Counted from the stretch's first letter, positions 26,741 to 40,670 are shown. The stretch: DNA of 64,000 bases from Felis catus (GCF_018350175.1 NC_058368.1:155684001-155748000), one strand, 5' to 3'. The notes: generated by a model from the sequence alone, not told the origin. Numbers and translations are program-made.

Positions 26741-27920
26741 CTGTAGGGTCTAGAGACAACTATTGGAAAAACAACATCATCATAGTTTTATGTTAACAAA
26801 CTAACCTAAAATATCCATTATATACTAAAATAAACACAGCAGAATTAAAAGTACTTGAAAATAATTTCTAAAAAGTGAAATCTATTTAATAAATAAAAGA
26901 TTTAACTTATTTATTGATCTTAAGAAAGCATAAGCATTTGAGAATTTAGGTCGGCTAAAGTATTCCCAGGTGTCACCACCAGTTTTATATCTAAATCAGG
27001 TGGGTAAGCAATAAGGTTTGAGGAGGATAAAAAGGCCACAAAAGTATATTTAATTTTCACAACAAACAGAAAAACACACCAAAGTGTAGGAACATAAAAG
27101 TTAGACAACCAATGCTGTGCCTGCCTTGGATGTCCACGTTAGACTATTTGGATTTAAAATTATCACATGCACTGTTACCAAATTAATCATTTTATTACAG
27201 GAGCACTTGTACCTCTCTGTAACCTAAGGTTTATGGACATGGAGGCACAAATTCTTCACTAGAGCCTTTTTGGTATTAAATATATCCCCTTAACCATTCA
27301 TACTGGCACATGGTGTGGTACTTATAACATTGCAAATAATACAAAATTTTTGAATCTTGATAATTTTTCCTATAATGTACACAATCTTAACTCCAAGAAT
27401 GAGATTACTTTGAAATGTAAAGATTTTTATGGCCAAACCATGAATTTCACTTAGTAGATTAATGGAATCTTTCTGATAGTTTTAATACTAACTCTATGAA
27501 TTCTTATCAAGTATCAAGTACTAAGTTGTAGAGATTAAAGATAAACAAAATATTCTCAAATATTCAATAGGTCTCTTTATATTTTTAACAGTTTACACAT
27601 AAAATAAGCTTCAATTGTGTACACATAAAACATGAAACATAAGTATCATAAGAGGTATGAAAATGGTCTATAAGATAAAAATTAAGAAGTAACATGGGAA
27701 TAAGGAATAGGCAAAAAGCCTTCTGGTTAGTACTGAAATGCTCTGCCACAATAAAATAAGTAAGCATACTCTTTTTAAACATTATAAAATTACTACTCAA
27801 AATACTTTGTTTTCATCTTTTATAAAGTAATTTAAAGTAATGATATCAATTAGAAGTGAGTGGGGGGGATAAGACTGTGAAGAGTTTGGGAATTAAAAAC
27901 AGAGTTAAATGTGCACTCAC

Positions 27921-28040
27921 CAGTTCAACAAAAGCAAGTCCTCCATAACTGTGAGCAACAAAAAACACATTCTCAGCTGCAGACTGGGCTATGAAATGGT
28001 CCCAAACATAGACTGCATGTTCTTCAGGAGAACCATTTTC
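27921..28040 (-). CDS. FAM172A: Internal coding exon of FAM172A/ARB2A (Arb2-domain, alpha/beta-hydrolase-like cotranscriptional regulator), 40 codons, phase 0/0
   Basis: Reverse complement reads ...tttgttttctttatag|GAA AAT GGT TCT CCT...GTT GAA CTG|gtgagt. The acceptor has a pyrimidine tract and AG at 28041-28042; the donor is a consensus GTGAGT at 27915-27920. The open frame encodes [40 protein letters not shown], which I recognise as FAM172A, including the AHSYGG motif. Confidence 0.95.
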
Positions 28041-29009
28041 CTATAAAGAAAACAAATGTCATATATTATGTACTGTATATAATTATTATCATAGTAATAA
28101 AAAATTAAATTATATGCTTGCTTACATAGCCCAAGAAATAAGATGGTTATAGCTCATTGAGAATAATATCAACTCAAAAGAACTACCACTGAAAATTCAA
28201 ATTAGAGGATAAAATATTAGTAATTACTGCTAAGCTTAATTGCTACCATAATCTTCAGAAAGAAAATATTTAAAATAACCACATTTTGAGGGGAAATTAC
28301 ATTCTGGATATACCTGAGATATTAAGATATACATTAGAGTTGAACAGCAGAAAGTTACAGTGGTCTTACAATAGAAGGGTGTTAACTAAAAAATTCAGTT
28401 ATATTTCTACATTTATATCTGAAAATATTTCTGCTATACATAAATCTAATTTTTTTAATTTATAAACTTTTAAGTATTTCTGTAAGCAGAAAATTACTAA
28501 CAAGTATTCTCTATTTAAATTATTTAAAAATAGTCTTTTTTATAAAAGTGCTTTCCATACATATTTTATTTCTAGAACTGGGAGAAATCTAAACATATAA
28601 ACCCAGAGACTTGTATATTTCTCCTAACTTGCTAAACCCTAGTATATGCATATTGCTATAATTCCAAAAGTTCTATAATAATTTCATTTTGTTGTATTTA
28701 TTTTGATAGTTGATACATGTTGCAATTAAAGTTTAACCTGGATAATGTGAAAAAAGAAAAAAAAAAAAAACCAAAGAGCTAAATAACACTGATCAAAATA
28801 CAAACTGATAAAAACTAAGGCAGATCATGAAAATGTTTTGTACAAATAGTTGTTTGAAGCTTTAACAACAAAGAGTAATTCCCTAAAACTGTCCTGATAT
28901 TAGGCAATGAAAACAATTTATTTACATTTTCCAGCTTAGAAATTTTATAATATCTTATTAGGGTCCACAATATGATTTCCCTTGCCACCTAGAAGCTATT
29001 GTTCCTTGA

Positions 29010-29990
29010 TGTCTATCTGTGACCTAAATTTCTCTTCAAAGTTCCAAACCCATATATGCAAGTGCTTGATGGTCTTTTCCTTATGGATGTCCCACAGATA
29101 CTTCAAATTCAACCAATTCAACACTGCATGTGACATTCCATCTACAAACCTATGTCACTGTCTTTGCTCCCCACCTCCAGTCAAAATCTGAGCATCTTTT
29201 ATCTCTCTCTGGCTCAAACTCCACATATATATTCAATCATTAAAATCCCATCGATTTTCTCTCCAACTGTATCCTAAATGCATCCACTTCTCTCTTTTCT
29301 CATTTCCTCTGGCTTAGCTCAAACCACCATCATTTCACAAGTGGATGACTGCAATGGTCTCCAGTCCATTTTTACTACTTTTACTATTGCCTATTTAAAT
29401 GCTCTAATCTGCAGTAAGAACAACCTTTTAAAAATGCAAATATGAGAATGTTGCCATGTTACTCACGCCCTGTTTATTGGACACTTTAAAACTGATTCAT
29501 TGCCCTCAGGATCAAATTCAAACTCTGTGCGACACTGAAGGCCTTTCATAATCTGCTTCTGTCTTCAACTGCATCTCTTACAATTGCTCTGCAATATAAG
29601 GTGACCAAAAGACCCCCTTTTCCCTCAGTGAGAGACCATATAGAACATTGTCTGTGTTCCAATTTCAGGGGAACAACTTCCTAATTGTAGCAAACTTTGT
29701 TTTCTCTGGGCTATATCCTTCATTTGGAAAGTAACTCCTGAGCTCTGCCCTCATTTCACCCACCAACTTCACCTGCATAATTTCTACTTGTTTTTCAAAA
29801 TCAAACAAGACATCACCTTCTATCAAAAGTCTTCCCTATCACTCCCAAGGCTTGGTAATGTCTTACAATGATATCTTGTGCATGGTGCTATTATTGCATT
29901 GAATAATTTGCATTGTAATTGCTTATTAGATTATCAAAGTCTTGAGGCCAATAGCTATGTCTTGTTCATCGAATCTTAGTGTAATAAATA
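29010..29990 (+). mobile_element. L2 3' region
   Basis: gtctatctgtgacctaaatttctc...ccaaacccatatatgcaagtgc...ggatgtcccacagatacttcaaattcaac...ccaccatcatttc...cttgaggccaatagctatgtcttgttcatc matches the L2 ORF2 end and 3' UTR. Confidence 0.85.
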
Positions 29991-30224
29991 ATGAAAATAC
30001 AACACATAGCTTCACAATGATTGCTTACAATCTTCAGTCATATACTAAAATACAAATATAGTTTCAAAGATATTTACTGGTAATATGCATATTGAATTAT
30101 CCACACTTAATGTATATAAAATAAATAAAAGAATAATAATTGGAAATAAATCTATGTAGGGCATTTTTGGCTTTAATAATTTAGCATTCATTAGTTTAAA
30201 AAGTAGAAAATGTTTATCATAAAA

Positions 30225-30545
30225 ATCAGCATAGTGGTTAGGTCTAAGGAAAAGAGACAGAGTTGTAAACAGGAAATAGACTTCTAGTGGCTAGCAGTAT
30301 TTCATTTCTTGACTGGAGTGGTAGTTACACAGGTGTATTCTTTATAGTTATAGTTAAACTGAGTAATACGAACTTAGCACTTTTCTGTACGTGTATATAG
30401 AGTGACCATAGAATTTACTATACAAATCTCTGAGAATGAAGAAAGGTATCATTAGGTCCTGAATGAGAGAACAGGTCTAAATTGGGACTATCCAGAGAAA
30501 ACACAAATACCTGGTCACCCTAACTATATTTTACAATGAAAGAAA
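30225..30545 (+). mobile_element. Ancient L1ME-type 3' end fragment, interrupted by MER94
   Basis: atcagcatagtggtta...tttcttgactggagtggtagttacacaggtgt...ttttctgtacgtgtata. Confidence 0.6.
30398..30522 (+). mobile_element. MER94-like hAT-Blackjack MITE
   Basis: Terminal inverted repeats TAGAGTGACCA / TGGTCACCCTA, about 125 bp long, internal sequence similar to MER94. Confidence 0.8.
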
Positions 30546-31258
30546 TGTAAAAATAAAACAGGAAGAAAGATAACAGAGGTTCTGCTGACTGTTGGCAGAA
30601 CTAACAATCTTACATAGCTGTGATGGCTCTAAACACCCTTTATATGGAGAGAATAAAAACATATAGGAGATTAACTGTCTCCTTAGGCTTTGTGCTGGAA
30701 ATGGAGGTGTAAGGATGATAAGAAGTAAGCCATGATTCTGGCCTTTAATGTGTCTGCAATTTCATAAGGCTGTTAACACATAAAGATAAAAGAGGCAGTA
30801 GTGTGTGAGGAGCATTACTTTCTCTATTCCTGGCAGAGTGTCTTGACATCCAGTCTAGTAGGCCCATTATAAATCCATACAATGTGACCTTGGTGAGGTC
30901 TTCCATGCTTTCTTCCCACAGTCACCAACTCTTCCTTTACACTGTTGAGATCCTATCTGTCCCATCCTTTCCATTCCCACCTCAGTTTGAATCCTCTTAC
31001 AAGATTCCCAACTATTCTCATTTCATCTAGTTTTTCCCTTTACTGTGTTGCCAGATCAAGTCGTCCTGAAATCTGGCCCTGATCAACCATTCTCCAGTCT
31101 GAAAAAGTAAATTTACTGAAAAAGTAATCCACAGGTTCCCAAAATACCTGGAACTCTTAGCCAACATCTTCTCTAACCCAGTCTTTCAAGACTTTCTTCC
31201 TATTATTTCTAGGGACATTGTACTCATGCTCCAGGAAAATTTGGATTATACTTTAATA

Positions 31259-31743
31259 CAAATGGTATCAACTTACAGCAGTTAGACTTAATGTTTTTTT
31301 GACTTTTTGATGGTGTGAGAGCAATACACCTTCAGTAAAAACTGCACTGTGAATTTTGACCTTTTCCTAGGCTAGTGATATGCTGTACAATATGGAGCTA
31401 GGTGGTGGTAATGAGCCACAGCTCAGGCAGCCACGTGATCATGAGGGTGAACAACCAATATACTTACAACCATTCCACATACAACCTTTCTACTTTTCAC
31501 TTTCAGTACAGTATTCAATAAATTACACGAGATATTCAACATTTTATTAGAAAATAGACTTTGTGTTAGATGATTTTGCCCAACTATAGGCTAAGTGAGT
31601 GTTCTGAGCTTGTTTAAAGTAGGCAAGGCTAAGCTACAATGTTAAGTAGTTTGGTGCATTTAATGCCTTTTTGATTTACGACATTTTCAACTTACAACAG
31701 GGTTTATCGAGATGGAATTCCACTGTATGTCAAGGAAGAGCTG
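31259..31743 (-). mobile_element. MER47-family (Tigger5-derived, TcMar-Tigger) DNA transposon
   Basis: ttcagtacagtattcaataaattaca...tgtgttagatgattttgcccaactataggctaa...ttttcaacttacaacagggtttatcg is antisense MER47. TA dinucleotide at the left end. Confidence 0.88.
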
Positions 31744-31989
31744 TGGTCTGAAAACCCTCGACAAAAGTCTCATGAAATTCAGTCTGGGATCTCATGAAGC
31801 AGCTCATATTAGGCAAAACTTAAAAGATATAGAACATGTCCAGGGTAGCAGTTCAGTAATTCACATATGAGGTAATAAAGACTATAATACTACTCAGGGT
31901 GATAGCAGAATAAATGGAAAGGAAGGGATGGAATGAGTCATTACAAAGGAAGAATCAGCAAAACTTTGTGACTCATAGGATACGAGGGA

Positions 31990-32800
31990 AACTGCCAACC
32001 AGGCCCAAATGACCCATCCATGATTAAAGGAGAGCTAAGAACCAACTGTTCTTTCCACCATTCACAAATAAGACTATGATTTTCAGAGATTAGTATCATA
32101 GCTGAGTCTTTCCCTCCATCTCTATGGACACAATATCTGTTAATAGTGGCCTGTCAGCAGGAAGAAAAAGAAACCTCAAGTATCCAAGTGCCCCAAGTGC
32201 TTAAATGTTTTTAGCCTGATTCTAAGGTTATCAAATGACTCTTCAGCTTTAGATTTTAAAACCAAATCTTCTAAAAAGTGAGACCCAAGTGAAAAAATGT
32301 CTATAACACCCAGTTAAGGGGGCCATCTATACTCACAACTAAACAATTACACAAGAGTATTCTGGGCCACACTTGACATCTATTGATGCAAAAATGATAC
32401 AGGGTAGGAGTCACAGTTTGCCAGCAGGGTAGCACCAGCCATTCCTCTTAAGTGGGAGTCTCGCAGAAGCTCCTGTAGCAGATCAGATGGCCTTCCAGGA
32501 GTTACTGTCTTGGGACCATGGAATACTAGTTTAGAAATGAGGGAATCAGACTCACTTTAGGCAGATGCAAGAGTTATCCCTGCCTTGAAAGTCTTATACC
32601 ACACAGAAGCTAATACCTCTTGCAACAACTCCATAGGCATCACTTCAGGATCCCTGGCTGCAAGGGACATGCCCAATTACAGAAGTTACTACCCTCAGGG
32701 AAGATCAAAGCTTAGTATTTGTAATTCCTTCTAATCCAGAAGCAGTTTACCAATCAGGGGTCATTTTCTACTGTAGGCAATGTGCCCTAGCAACTAGCCA
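31990..32800. mobile_element. Possible ancient LTR-retrotransposon internal sequence
   Basis: GC-richer, coding-like but stop-riddled tract abutting an LTR16-like LTR. Family not resolved. Confidence 0.3.
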
Positions 32801-32804
32801 CTTA

Positions 32805-33122
32805 GAGTGGATGCTACTATGATATGCTTCCCAGAATCCCCTCTCTGAGGCAACTTACACCCAATGACTGGTCAAAATGACATGGATCTGTAAAAGCTCT
32901 ATCTCTTGCCTCAAGGCAAGACATCTCTGAAAAGCCATACTAGATCCAGAGATCACCAGTGGAGTCAGATGAGGCCTTTGTTGTGATTGTACTGTGATTC
33001 AACTTCTTCAGCCAAATTCTATTTTTTAAACTCCACTACAGGTACTGATTCCAAGAGAACTCCCCAACAAAATGCCTGCATGCACCTTCAGAATCTGTTT
33101 CTGGGAAACCCAACTTAAGATA
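32805..33122 (+). mobile_element. LTR16-like ERVL LTR
   Basis: cccaatgactggtc...ctctgaaaagccatactagatccagag...tgaggcctttgttgtgattgtactg...ccccaacaaaatgcctgca...cagaatctgtttctgggaaacccaacttaagata. Confidence 0.8.
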
Positions 33123-33599
33123 CCAACTTATCAGGCTTTAAAGGATATAGAGCTAGAAAGTTACCTGAAGATCAGATTCTCATGTAGAAGGGGAAAGGAT
33201 TTTGCTAACCTTTGACCCACAAAATCTTACAAGAAATATATGGAAAATACACATCTTTTTACATGCATTATTATCCTGCCTATGTTTAAAACTACAGCAA
33301 AATATTATTATTGGTCCAACTTTACCTGTCACCTCTACTATTAGCCATGGTAGCTTAAACTGAATCCTATATTATTTCATTGGTTCTTCTCTATCCAGCT
33401 ATTTCTTTAATCTGTCATTGTCACTTTCCCTTCCTTCTAGAATATTAGCAATTTGATTCTCTTTTGGATACAAACTATAATACAAGGCATGCTATAGGTA
33501 TTTAATAAATAACTAACAATATTGTTGACAAAATGTTATGAAGACTGTTTCAAAACCAAGACAATGGAGTACTTACACTCCATTTCAGGAATCTTCAAT

Positions 33600-33950
33600 G
33601 GGGCAAAGATTGATGTTCAAAGATGTTCATCACAGTCTCATTTATAAAAGCAAAAATCTGGATAATTCTTAAAATGTCCAACAATGCAAAAATAAAGATT
33701 TAAGTAAATTATAGTTTATCTAAGGAAATATTATGTAGCTATTCAATGAGTTTATAAAGTAATACGTGCAGTTTACCTAATACAGGGCATAATTTTCACT
33801 ATATAAAAAGGGTTGAAAAAGACTAGAAGAAATCAAAAATATGAAAAGCAGCTGAGCTGCCTATGGATGGTGAAATTTGAGTATTTTCTCTTTTTAAGAT
33901 TCTTTACATTTCTCTAAACTTTCAAAAATTCTTACAAAGTACATTATTTT
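33600..33950 (+). mobile_element. Ancient L1ME-type fragment
   Basis: aagatgttcatcacagtctcatttataaaagcaaaaatctgga...aaatgtccaacaat...ttaagtaaattatagt. Confidence 0.65.
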
Positions 33951-34409
33951 TGTGATAAAACAAGTGGATAGCAAAGAAATTTAGAAATTCTACTGAATGA
34001 GTACTGTTGGCTTATTAGGGGGAATCACCATCTGAGCAGGGTCTTTATACCTTCATATCTAAAAATTCGAATATCTGGTCTGAAACCACCACACATTCAC
34101 AAGCAGCAAACCAGAAGAGTTATGTCAAACAGGTTTAAGAGTAAGCAATGATAGCTGAAGTTTGAGAGTAACTAAAGAAATGAAAAAAAAAAAACCCGCA
34201 AAAAATTACAAGAGTATGTACAATGCAATAGTCTGAAACTACTGTAATTGAGCAAGATGGGAGCAGTACTGTAGATAAAGCACAATAACAGATAGGAGCA
34301 ACAGTAATCTTGCATCATCAAAAACAAGTTAATGATATTATGTGAATTCCATTTTTCAAAGAACTAGCGACATACAGTTAAGAACAGTTTTACTCAAAAT
34401 ATTATTTTA

Positions 34410-35658
34410 TCAACAAATGGTGTTGGGAAAATTGGATAGCAACATGCAAAAGAATGAAACTGGACCACCTTCTTACAACATACACAAAAATAAAATCAAA
34501 ATGGATGAAAGACCTAAATGTGAGACGGGAAATCATCAAAATCCTAGAGAGGAACACAGGCAGCAACCTCTTTGACATTGGCTGTAGCAACTTCTTACTA
34601 GACAACGTCTACAGAGGCAAGGGAAACAAAAGCAAACATGAACTATTAGGACTTTACCAAGATAAAAAGCTTCTGCACAGTGAAAGAAACAACAAAACTA
34701 AAAGGCAACCCACCGAATGGAAGAACATACTTGCAAATGACGTATCAGATAAAGGGGTTAGTATCCAAAATCTATAAAGAACTTATCAAACCCAACACCC
34801 CAAAAACATAATCTGGTTAAAAAATGGGCAGAAGACATGAATAGACATTTTTCAATGAAGACATCCAGATAGCTAACAGACACATGAAAGATGTTCAACA
34901 TCACGCATCATCAGGTAAATATAAATCAAAACTATGATGAGATATCACCTCACATCTGTCAGAATCTGTAAGATTAACAACACAGGAAAGACAGATGTTG
35001 GCAAGGATGCAGACAAAGAGGAACCCTCTTACGCTGCTGGTGGGAATGAAAACTGGTGCAGCCATTCTGGACAACAGTATGGAGGTTTCTCAAAAAGTTA
35101 AAAACAGAACTACCCTACAACCCAGCAATTGCACTATTAGGTACTTACCCAAAGGATACAAAAATACTGTTTCCAAGGGACACACCCACTCCAATGTTTA
35201 TAGTAGCATTATCAACAATAGCCCAATTACAGAAAGAGTCCAAATGTCCATTGACTGATGAATGGATAAAGAAGTGGTTTATATATACAGTGGAATATTA
35301 CTCAACCTTCAAAAAGAATGAAATCTTGCCATTTGCAGCGACAGAGATGGAGCTACAGAGTATCATGCTAAGCAAAATAAGTCAGAGAAAGACAAACACC
35401 ATATGATTTCACCCGTATGTGGCATTTAAGAAATAAAACAGATGAACATGGGGAGAGGCAAACCAGGAAACATACTCTTAACCATGGAGAACAAAGTGAG
35501 GGTTACTGGACGGGATGGGTTAAATGGGTGATAGGTATTAAGGAGGGTACTTGAGATGAATACCGTGTGTTACATGTAAGTGATGAGTCACTAAATTCTA
35601 TACCTGAAACTAATATTACATTATATGTTAACTAACTGGAAATTAAAAATGTGAAGAA
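34410..35658 (+). mobile_element. 5'-truncated carnivore L1 (ORF2 C-terminus plus 3' UTR)
   Basis: ORF-track fragments [24 protein letters not shown] and [24 protein letters not shown] aaaatattatttta (34396-34409) / aaaatatcatttta (35659-35672). Confidence 0.96.
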
Positions 35659-37959
35659 AAAATATCATTTTAAAAAACAGGTGATAAAGGAGATAAATCT
35701 TAGCTATAAAAAAGTTGGCTTTCATATGTAACTAGTTCCCAAAGCTTTCACAAAATTATAGCTTTTTACTATTCACTTTTCAAGAGAGTCAGATTCCTAC
35801 CATTTTAAGACATAACAAATTCTGCCAAATATTTGTTGCCTCCTACAACAGGTAAGCACAATAATGGTAGCACAGGAAATAATAAATGGCGAGTGGTTTT
35901 TAATATGTATTTCTGACATATTACATTACTAAAATCCCAATTTTATACAAGTGGTGATTCCGTTCTAAGGTAAATTTGTGTCATTTCCAACTTGCAGCCC
36001 ACATTTTGCCCACAAACATTACATATTTACAAACCATAATCTGGAGAATGTGTATTACCAATAATATATTTTGAAACTAAACAGATTTCAAAAGGAAAAG
36101 ACTTTCTTAATATGCTTCAATTACATAAATGCAAACATACTAAATCTGCATTATAGGTTTCTTCATCATATCAGAGTTCATATGGTACTGAGTAACTTAT
36201 AATTTTAGAATATGCAAACATACGAACCACATGAAAAGAAGTAAATCTATTAATTAGAGTCTGCTGGAGGCCGAATGCACAGGATATTTATACTGTGGAA
36301 CTGGGCTGTACTCAGGTTGAATTTCCTGATGTACCCTTGCCATCATTTATTGTTAAATGCCAAACAGAAGTGATGCAGTAACCAAAGCCTTATCACATAT
36401 GCCAGATTCTACTACCTAGGCATTGCAAAGTCTGCATTTATGATGGACTACCTGAGCTGATAACACATGGAATTATCTAAACAACATTTGCATATTTGTG
36501 TAATTATTTTCTAAGGTTAATTAGCTCCTGTAAAGCATTTCACCCTTTGAGACTGCTTACAGTGACAGGTTCACATATTTTCTGAACCATTGCCAAATTT
36601 GACAGATTTTTCTTCAGCTAACCTGTTGCTACAAAGTTATAAAATGAATGCTCCTACAGTATATACTTAAACTTATAATTCATTTTAAGAAAAGTAAAAT
36701 GAAAGTTTATGAATTGAAGGTTTTTTACACGTCCAATTTTAAAATCAAAATGTCACGATTATTTTACTTCATGTAAATCTTTCTGTGTTTATACTGGTAA
36801 GCGTATCAACTAAGAAAATTATATATATTAAAATATAGCATTTTTGACTTTAAACTAGCATATACCTATGTCACCACTTTCAGTTGAGTCACATATGTCT
36901 CACATACATACGCTCCTACCCCCAACAGCGGTCCTTAGTTCTATCACTGATTTGCTATTTACATGGAAGACATCAACTGGAGAAAGAACACTAATATAAA
37001 ATCTACACCTTCTATACATTTTTTATGGCAAAATTTGCAAATCAAAGTTCTTTATTTTAAAAAGCTAAGACTTTTCATTAGGTAAAATGTATCTCAATGA
37101 AATCTAGAAGGAGGCCGATAAGTCAAATGGATTTCTGAGGATGCAAAAATGTACATTACCATCTTTCATCCAACTCATCCACAGGTACAAAATGAAAGAA
37201 AATTAATATTTTTAGGAATTGGCTGGTTCAGTACCTTTCCAGAAGAAATGAAACACAAATACCATATGACCATAACCTAGAAAGGCATACACAAGGAACT
37301 TACATGCTTTAGCTTTAAACTTTTAGATGATTCTGTTAAGAACTTTTTATGTGAACATAGCATAAATTGTGCACTAGTACAGAACAAACGTAAAAACAGT
37401 TATGTATAAAATATATTTTATTTCAAATGAGATATATTTTAATTTTGATCCATTTAAATAGTTTGGATTAAAAATTTATCTTCATTTTGGCATATTTTAA
37501 ATGTGTGATCTTTAAAAAAGTATGTATTTGTGTTTAACAGTGATTACAGGACTAGGGGTATATATAAATGCATAAAAACTAATGGTATAGCATACATATA
37601 ATAAAAACAATTTCAAAAGTAAAGTACTTTTATTTTGTTTTTAAATATTAAGTTGATCCATATGGAGTTACCAACATTAGACATTTTTGACCTTAAAAAG
37701 TGGCAATTTCATACCATTCAATCTTAAATATAATGAAAATAGACAAAAGAATCTATAAGCTAGAGACATCTTGAAGCTATCAACTTTTGCTTGCCTTTTA
37801 GGTGTCTAGATATTATTGACAGCTATCCATCTTAAAGACAGATTCAAGGCTATGTTACTTGTCAATATGGCTGCATTAATAAATTATAAATGGCTATGAA
37901 CAGAATGAACATAACTGACAAAAGGATCAGTATTCAGAAGTGTATCAAAGATATTTGAA

Positions 37960-38280
37960 CTTCACATCTCTCAAGCTTAGCATGTCCAAAAGCAAAATCT
38001 GAATTGGTTTTCTGATCCCATTATCCGTTTTCTTTCAGTCTTTCTCATCTTGCTAAGTGGTACCTCCATCCCACCCTGTTGTTCAAGCCAAAAATCTAGA
38101 AGTGACCCTTGACCTTTTCCTCTTCCCCTGTCCTTCAATTTATCCGATTTCATTTATCCTCCAAAATGTTTCCAGAATCCGTAAACTTCTAATTTCCACT
38201 CTTACTATCCCAGCCCAAGGTATCACCATATCTTGACTAAGACATTAACCACTTGAACTGGCTATATGCTCTCCCTCATT
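37960..38280 (+). mobile_element. L2 fragment
   Basis: catctctcaagcttagcatgtccaaaa...gttgttcaagccaaaaatctagaagtgacccttgac...ccaaggtatcaccatatctt. Confidence 0.8.
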
Positions 38281-38799
38281 TAATCTGACAATGACATTAT
38301 GACATAGATGCTCTAAATATCCCAATTTCCAGAGAGTAATTAATTTTCTCAATGTGATACAACTTGCCAGACTGTAAGCTAACCTGTCTGGTTCTGGCAT
38401 CTGCTAGGCTATACTAGCTAACCTTTCAAATCATATTGGGCTGACATGAACATTGTTTTTTTGTTTTGTTTTGTTTTGTTTTTAGTCTGTTTCAATATAA
38501 AGTTTAAACAACAATTAACTATCAAGAAGTTAGTAAAACAAAAAAAAACCAGATAAGCAAATAATTATGATCCATTATTTATGGAAATGGTGCCAAATGC
38601 TTTGTGATTGAGCCATAATTACCACAAAATATGGGTAACCTGGAACGGAAGGCAGATAGGGCTGTTAGGATTCCTAGATTCCAAAACTATGCTCTAAGCT
38701 CTTCCAATAAAGTAAACATTAAGATTCTATTCACTCTAATAAAATTTAGGCTTCCCTGTCTTAGTGCAACCTATAGTGCAATCATAATAATGCTTTTAA

Positions 38800-38990
38800 A
38801 GTACATATTGAGGCAGGCACAGATATAAATTCTTTATAAATAGTAACTCACTTAATCCAGACAACAATTCTATGAAGTACGTACTATTATTATCTGCATA
38901 ATCAGATGCACAGGCAAAGAATGATTAAGAAACTTACTCAAGATAATTGCTACTATATGGCAGAGCTAGAGTTCAAACCTAGGTAGTCTG
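38800..38990 (-). mobile_element. MIR
   Basis: actcacttaatccagacaacaattctatgaagta...gcagagctagagttcaaacctaggtagtctgac. Confidence 0.8.
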
Positions 38991-39354
38991 ACCACCCCCT
39001 CCCCCACCATATGTAATCTCAATTCCTGTATACTGCATCATTGAAATACATTTAATATCTTTCCCTCTATGTAGGCATAACCGAAGCTACTGCTTTTTGT
39101 AGCAATGAACCAAATGGTTAAGAGCTTTTAAGAAAAAGGGACAAGAGTGTTGCTTATATAGGTAACACGTACTGTGGGCCAGGTTCATATGAAAAAAGAC
39201 TCTTTGTGAAGTGAAAAAGCTTATTTTCTGAAAGTTAAACATGTTCTTCTTTTCCTTGAATAGCTTCTGCCACCTTATGAGAGAGAAATTGAACCTAGCT
39301 TAAGATCTATTATTAATTTTCTGCCATTTATTCATCTACAACAAAGAAAAAAGG

Positions 39355-39640
39355 CTAAGTGAAAGAAGCTAGACACAAAAGACTACATATTATATGATTT
39401 GATTGATAGGAAATTCTAGAAAAGCCAAAACTGTAGTATTAAAATGTAAATTAGCAGTTGGCAGGGTCAAACAGACTGCTAAAGGACACATGAGAAAGGT
39501 TTTTGGGGTGATGCAAATGATTTTCTATCATGATGGTAGTGATAGTTACACAATGGTATACATTAATCAACTACAGCCAACTGTACACTTAAAGTTGGTA
39601 CAATTTACAGTATATAAATTTTATCTCAATAAAGCTGACC
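39355..39640 (+). mobile_element. Old L1 (L1MD/ME-like) 3' end
   Basis: ctaagtgaaagaagctagacacaaaagactacatattatatgatt...ttttggggtgatg...tatctcaataaagctgac. Confidence 0.88.
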
Positions 39641-39684
39641 AAAGGAAGAAAGAACAAGAAAAAAAGGTAAATCTTTTTCCTAAA

Positions 39685-39865
39685 CAGAGGTGATCAAACC
39701 TATTATAAATAAAGTTTTACTGGAACAGAGCCATGTCCACTTGTTCATTATCTATGGCTGCTTTCTCTTACAACAGTGGAGTTTAGGAGTTGTGACAAAG
39801 TCCATATGGCCTGAAAGTTTAAATTAGTTACTCTCTAGTTTTTTTAAGAAAGTTTATTGACCTTT
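39685..39865 (+). mobile_element. MER58A-like hAT-Charlie MITE
   Basis: aataaagttttactggaacagagccatg...tctatggctgctttc...agttgtgacaaagtccatatggcc. 8-bp TSD-like flanks ttcctaaa / tttctaaa. Confidence 0.88.
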
Positions 39866-40194
39866 TTTCTAAATACTTACGATCTAGTTCCAGCTTAGAA
39901 CAGCAAATTAAACATCCATATCTGACAGCATTAACAACCCAAGCCCCATAAAAACTATAGCAAAAGGTTTTTTTGTTTTTTGTTTTTTAAACAAAGACAA
40001 ATCCACAAGGCCTAGGAAGAAATGAAGGAAGACTTTGGAAGATGGAGACCAGAAAGAATGGCAACCGATTTAGCAGATCTAAGAAAGTCAAATCCCAAGT
40101 TGGCCATGAGAAAAGCTCACTGTCTAACGCCATTTATGATGCAAAATTCTCCAAAGCACAGAGATACATTTCTAAGTACCTTGGAACTGAAGGA

Positions 40195-40670
40195 AAGCAG
40201 ATAGAAGAAAGAAAGACAAATACTGTGTGATGTCACTTATATGTGCAATCTTAAAAAAAAAAAAAAAAAACAACAAAAACACACAAACACACACAAAAAA
40301 AACCAAACTCATATAAAGGAGAATAAATTGATGGTTGCCAGGCATTGCAGGGTGGGGAAATGCGTGAAGGTGGTCAGAGGGTACAAACTCCCAGTTATAA
40401 GATGAATAAGTTTGGGGAACATAATGAACAGTATGATGACTACAGTTAATAAGACTATATCGTATGTTTAAAAGTTGCTAAAAGGGTAGATTTTAAAACT
40501 TCTCCCCACCAAAAAAAAAAAAAAAAAAAAAAAAGTACTGAGTGAGCTGGTGAATGTGTTTATAGCTAACCTTACTGTGGTAATCATTTTGCAATGTATA
40601 CACATATAAAGTCAACATGTTGCATACCTTAAACTTACATAATTGTTATATCTCAATAAAGCTGGATAAA
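40195..40670 (+). mobile_element. L1MA9-like 3' end
   Basis: aaagacaaatactgtgtgatgtcacttatatgtg...ggtacaaactcccagttataagatgaataag...ggtaatcattttgcaatgtata...tatatctcaataaagctgg. Confidence 0.9.
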
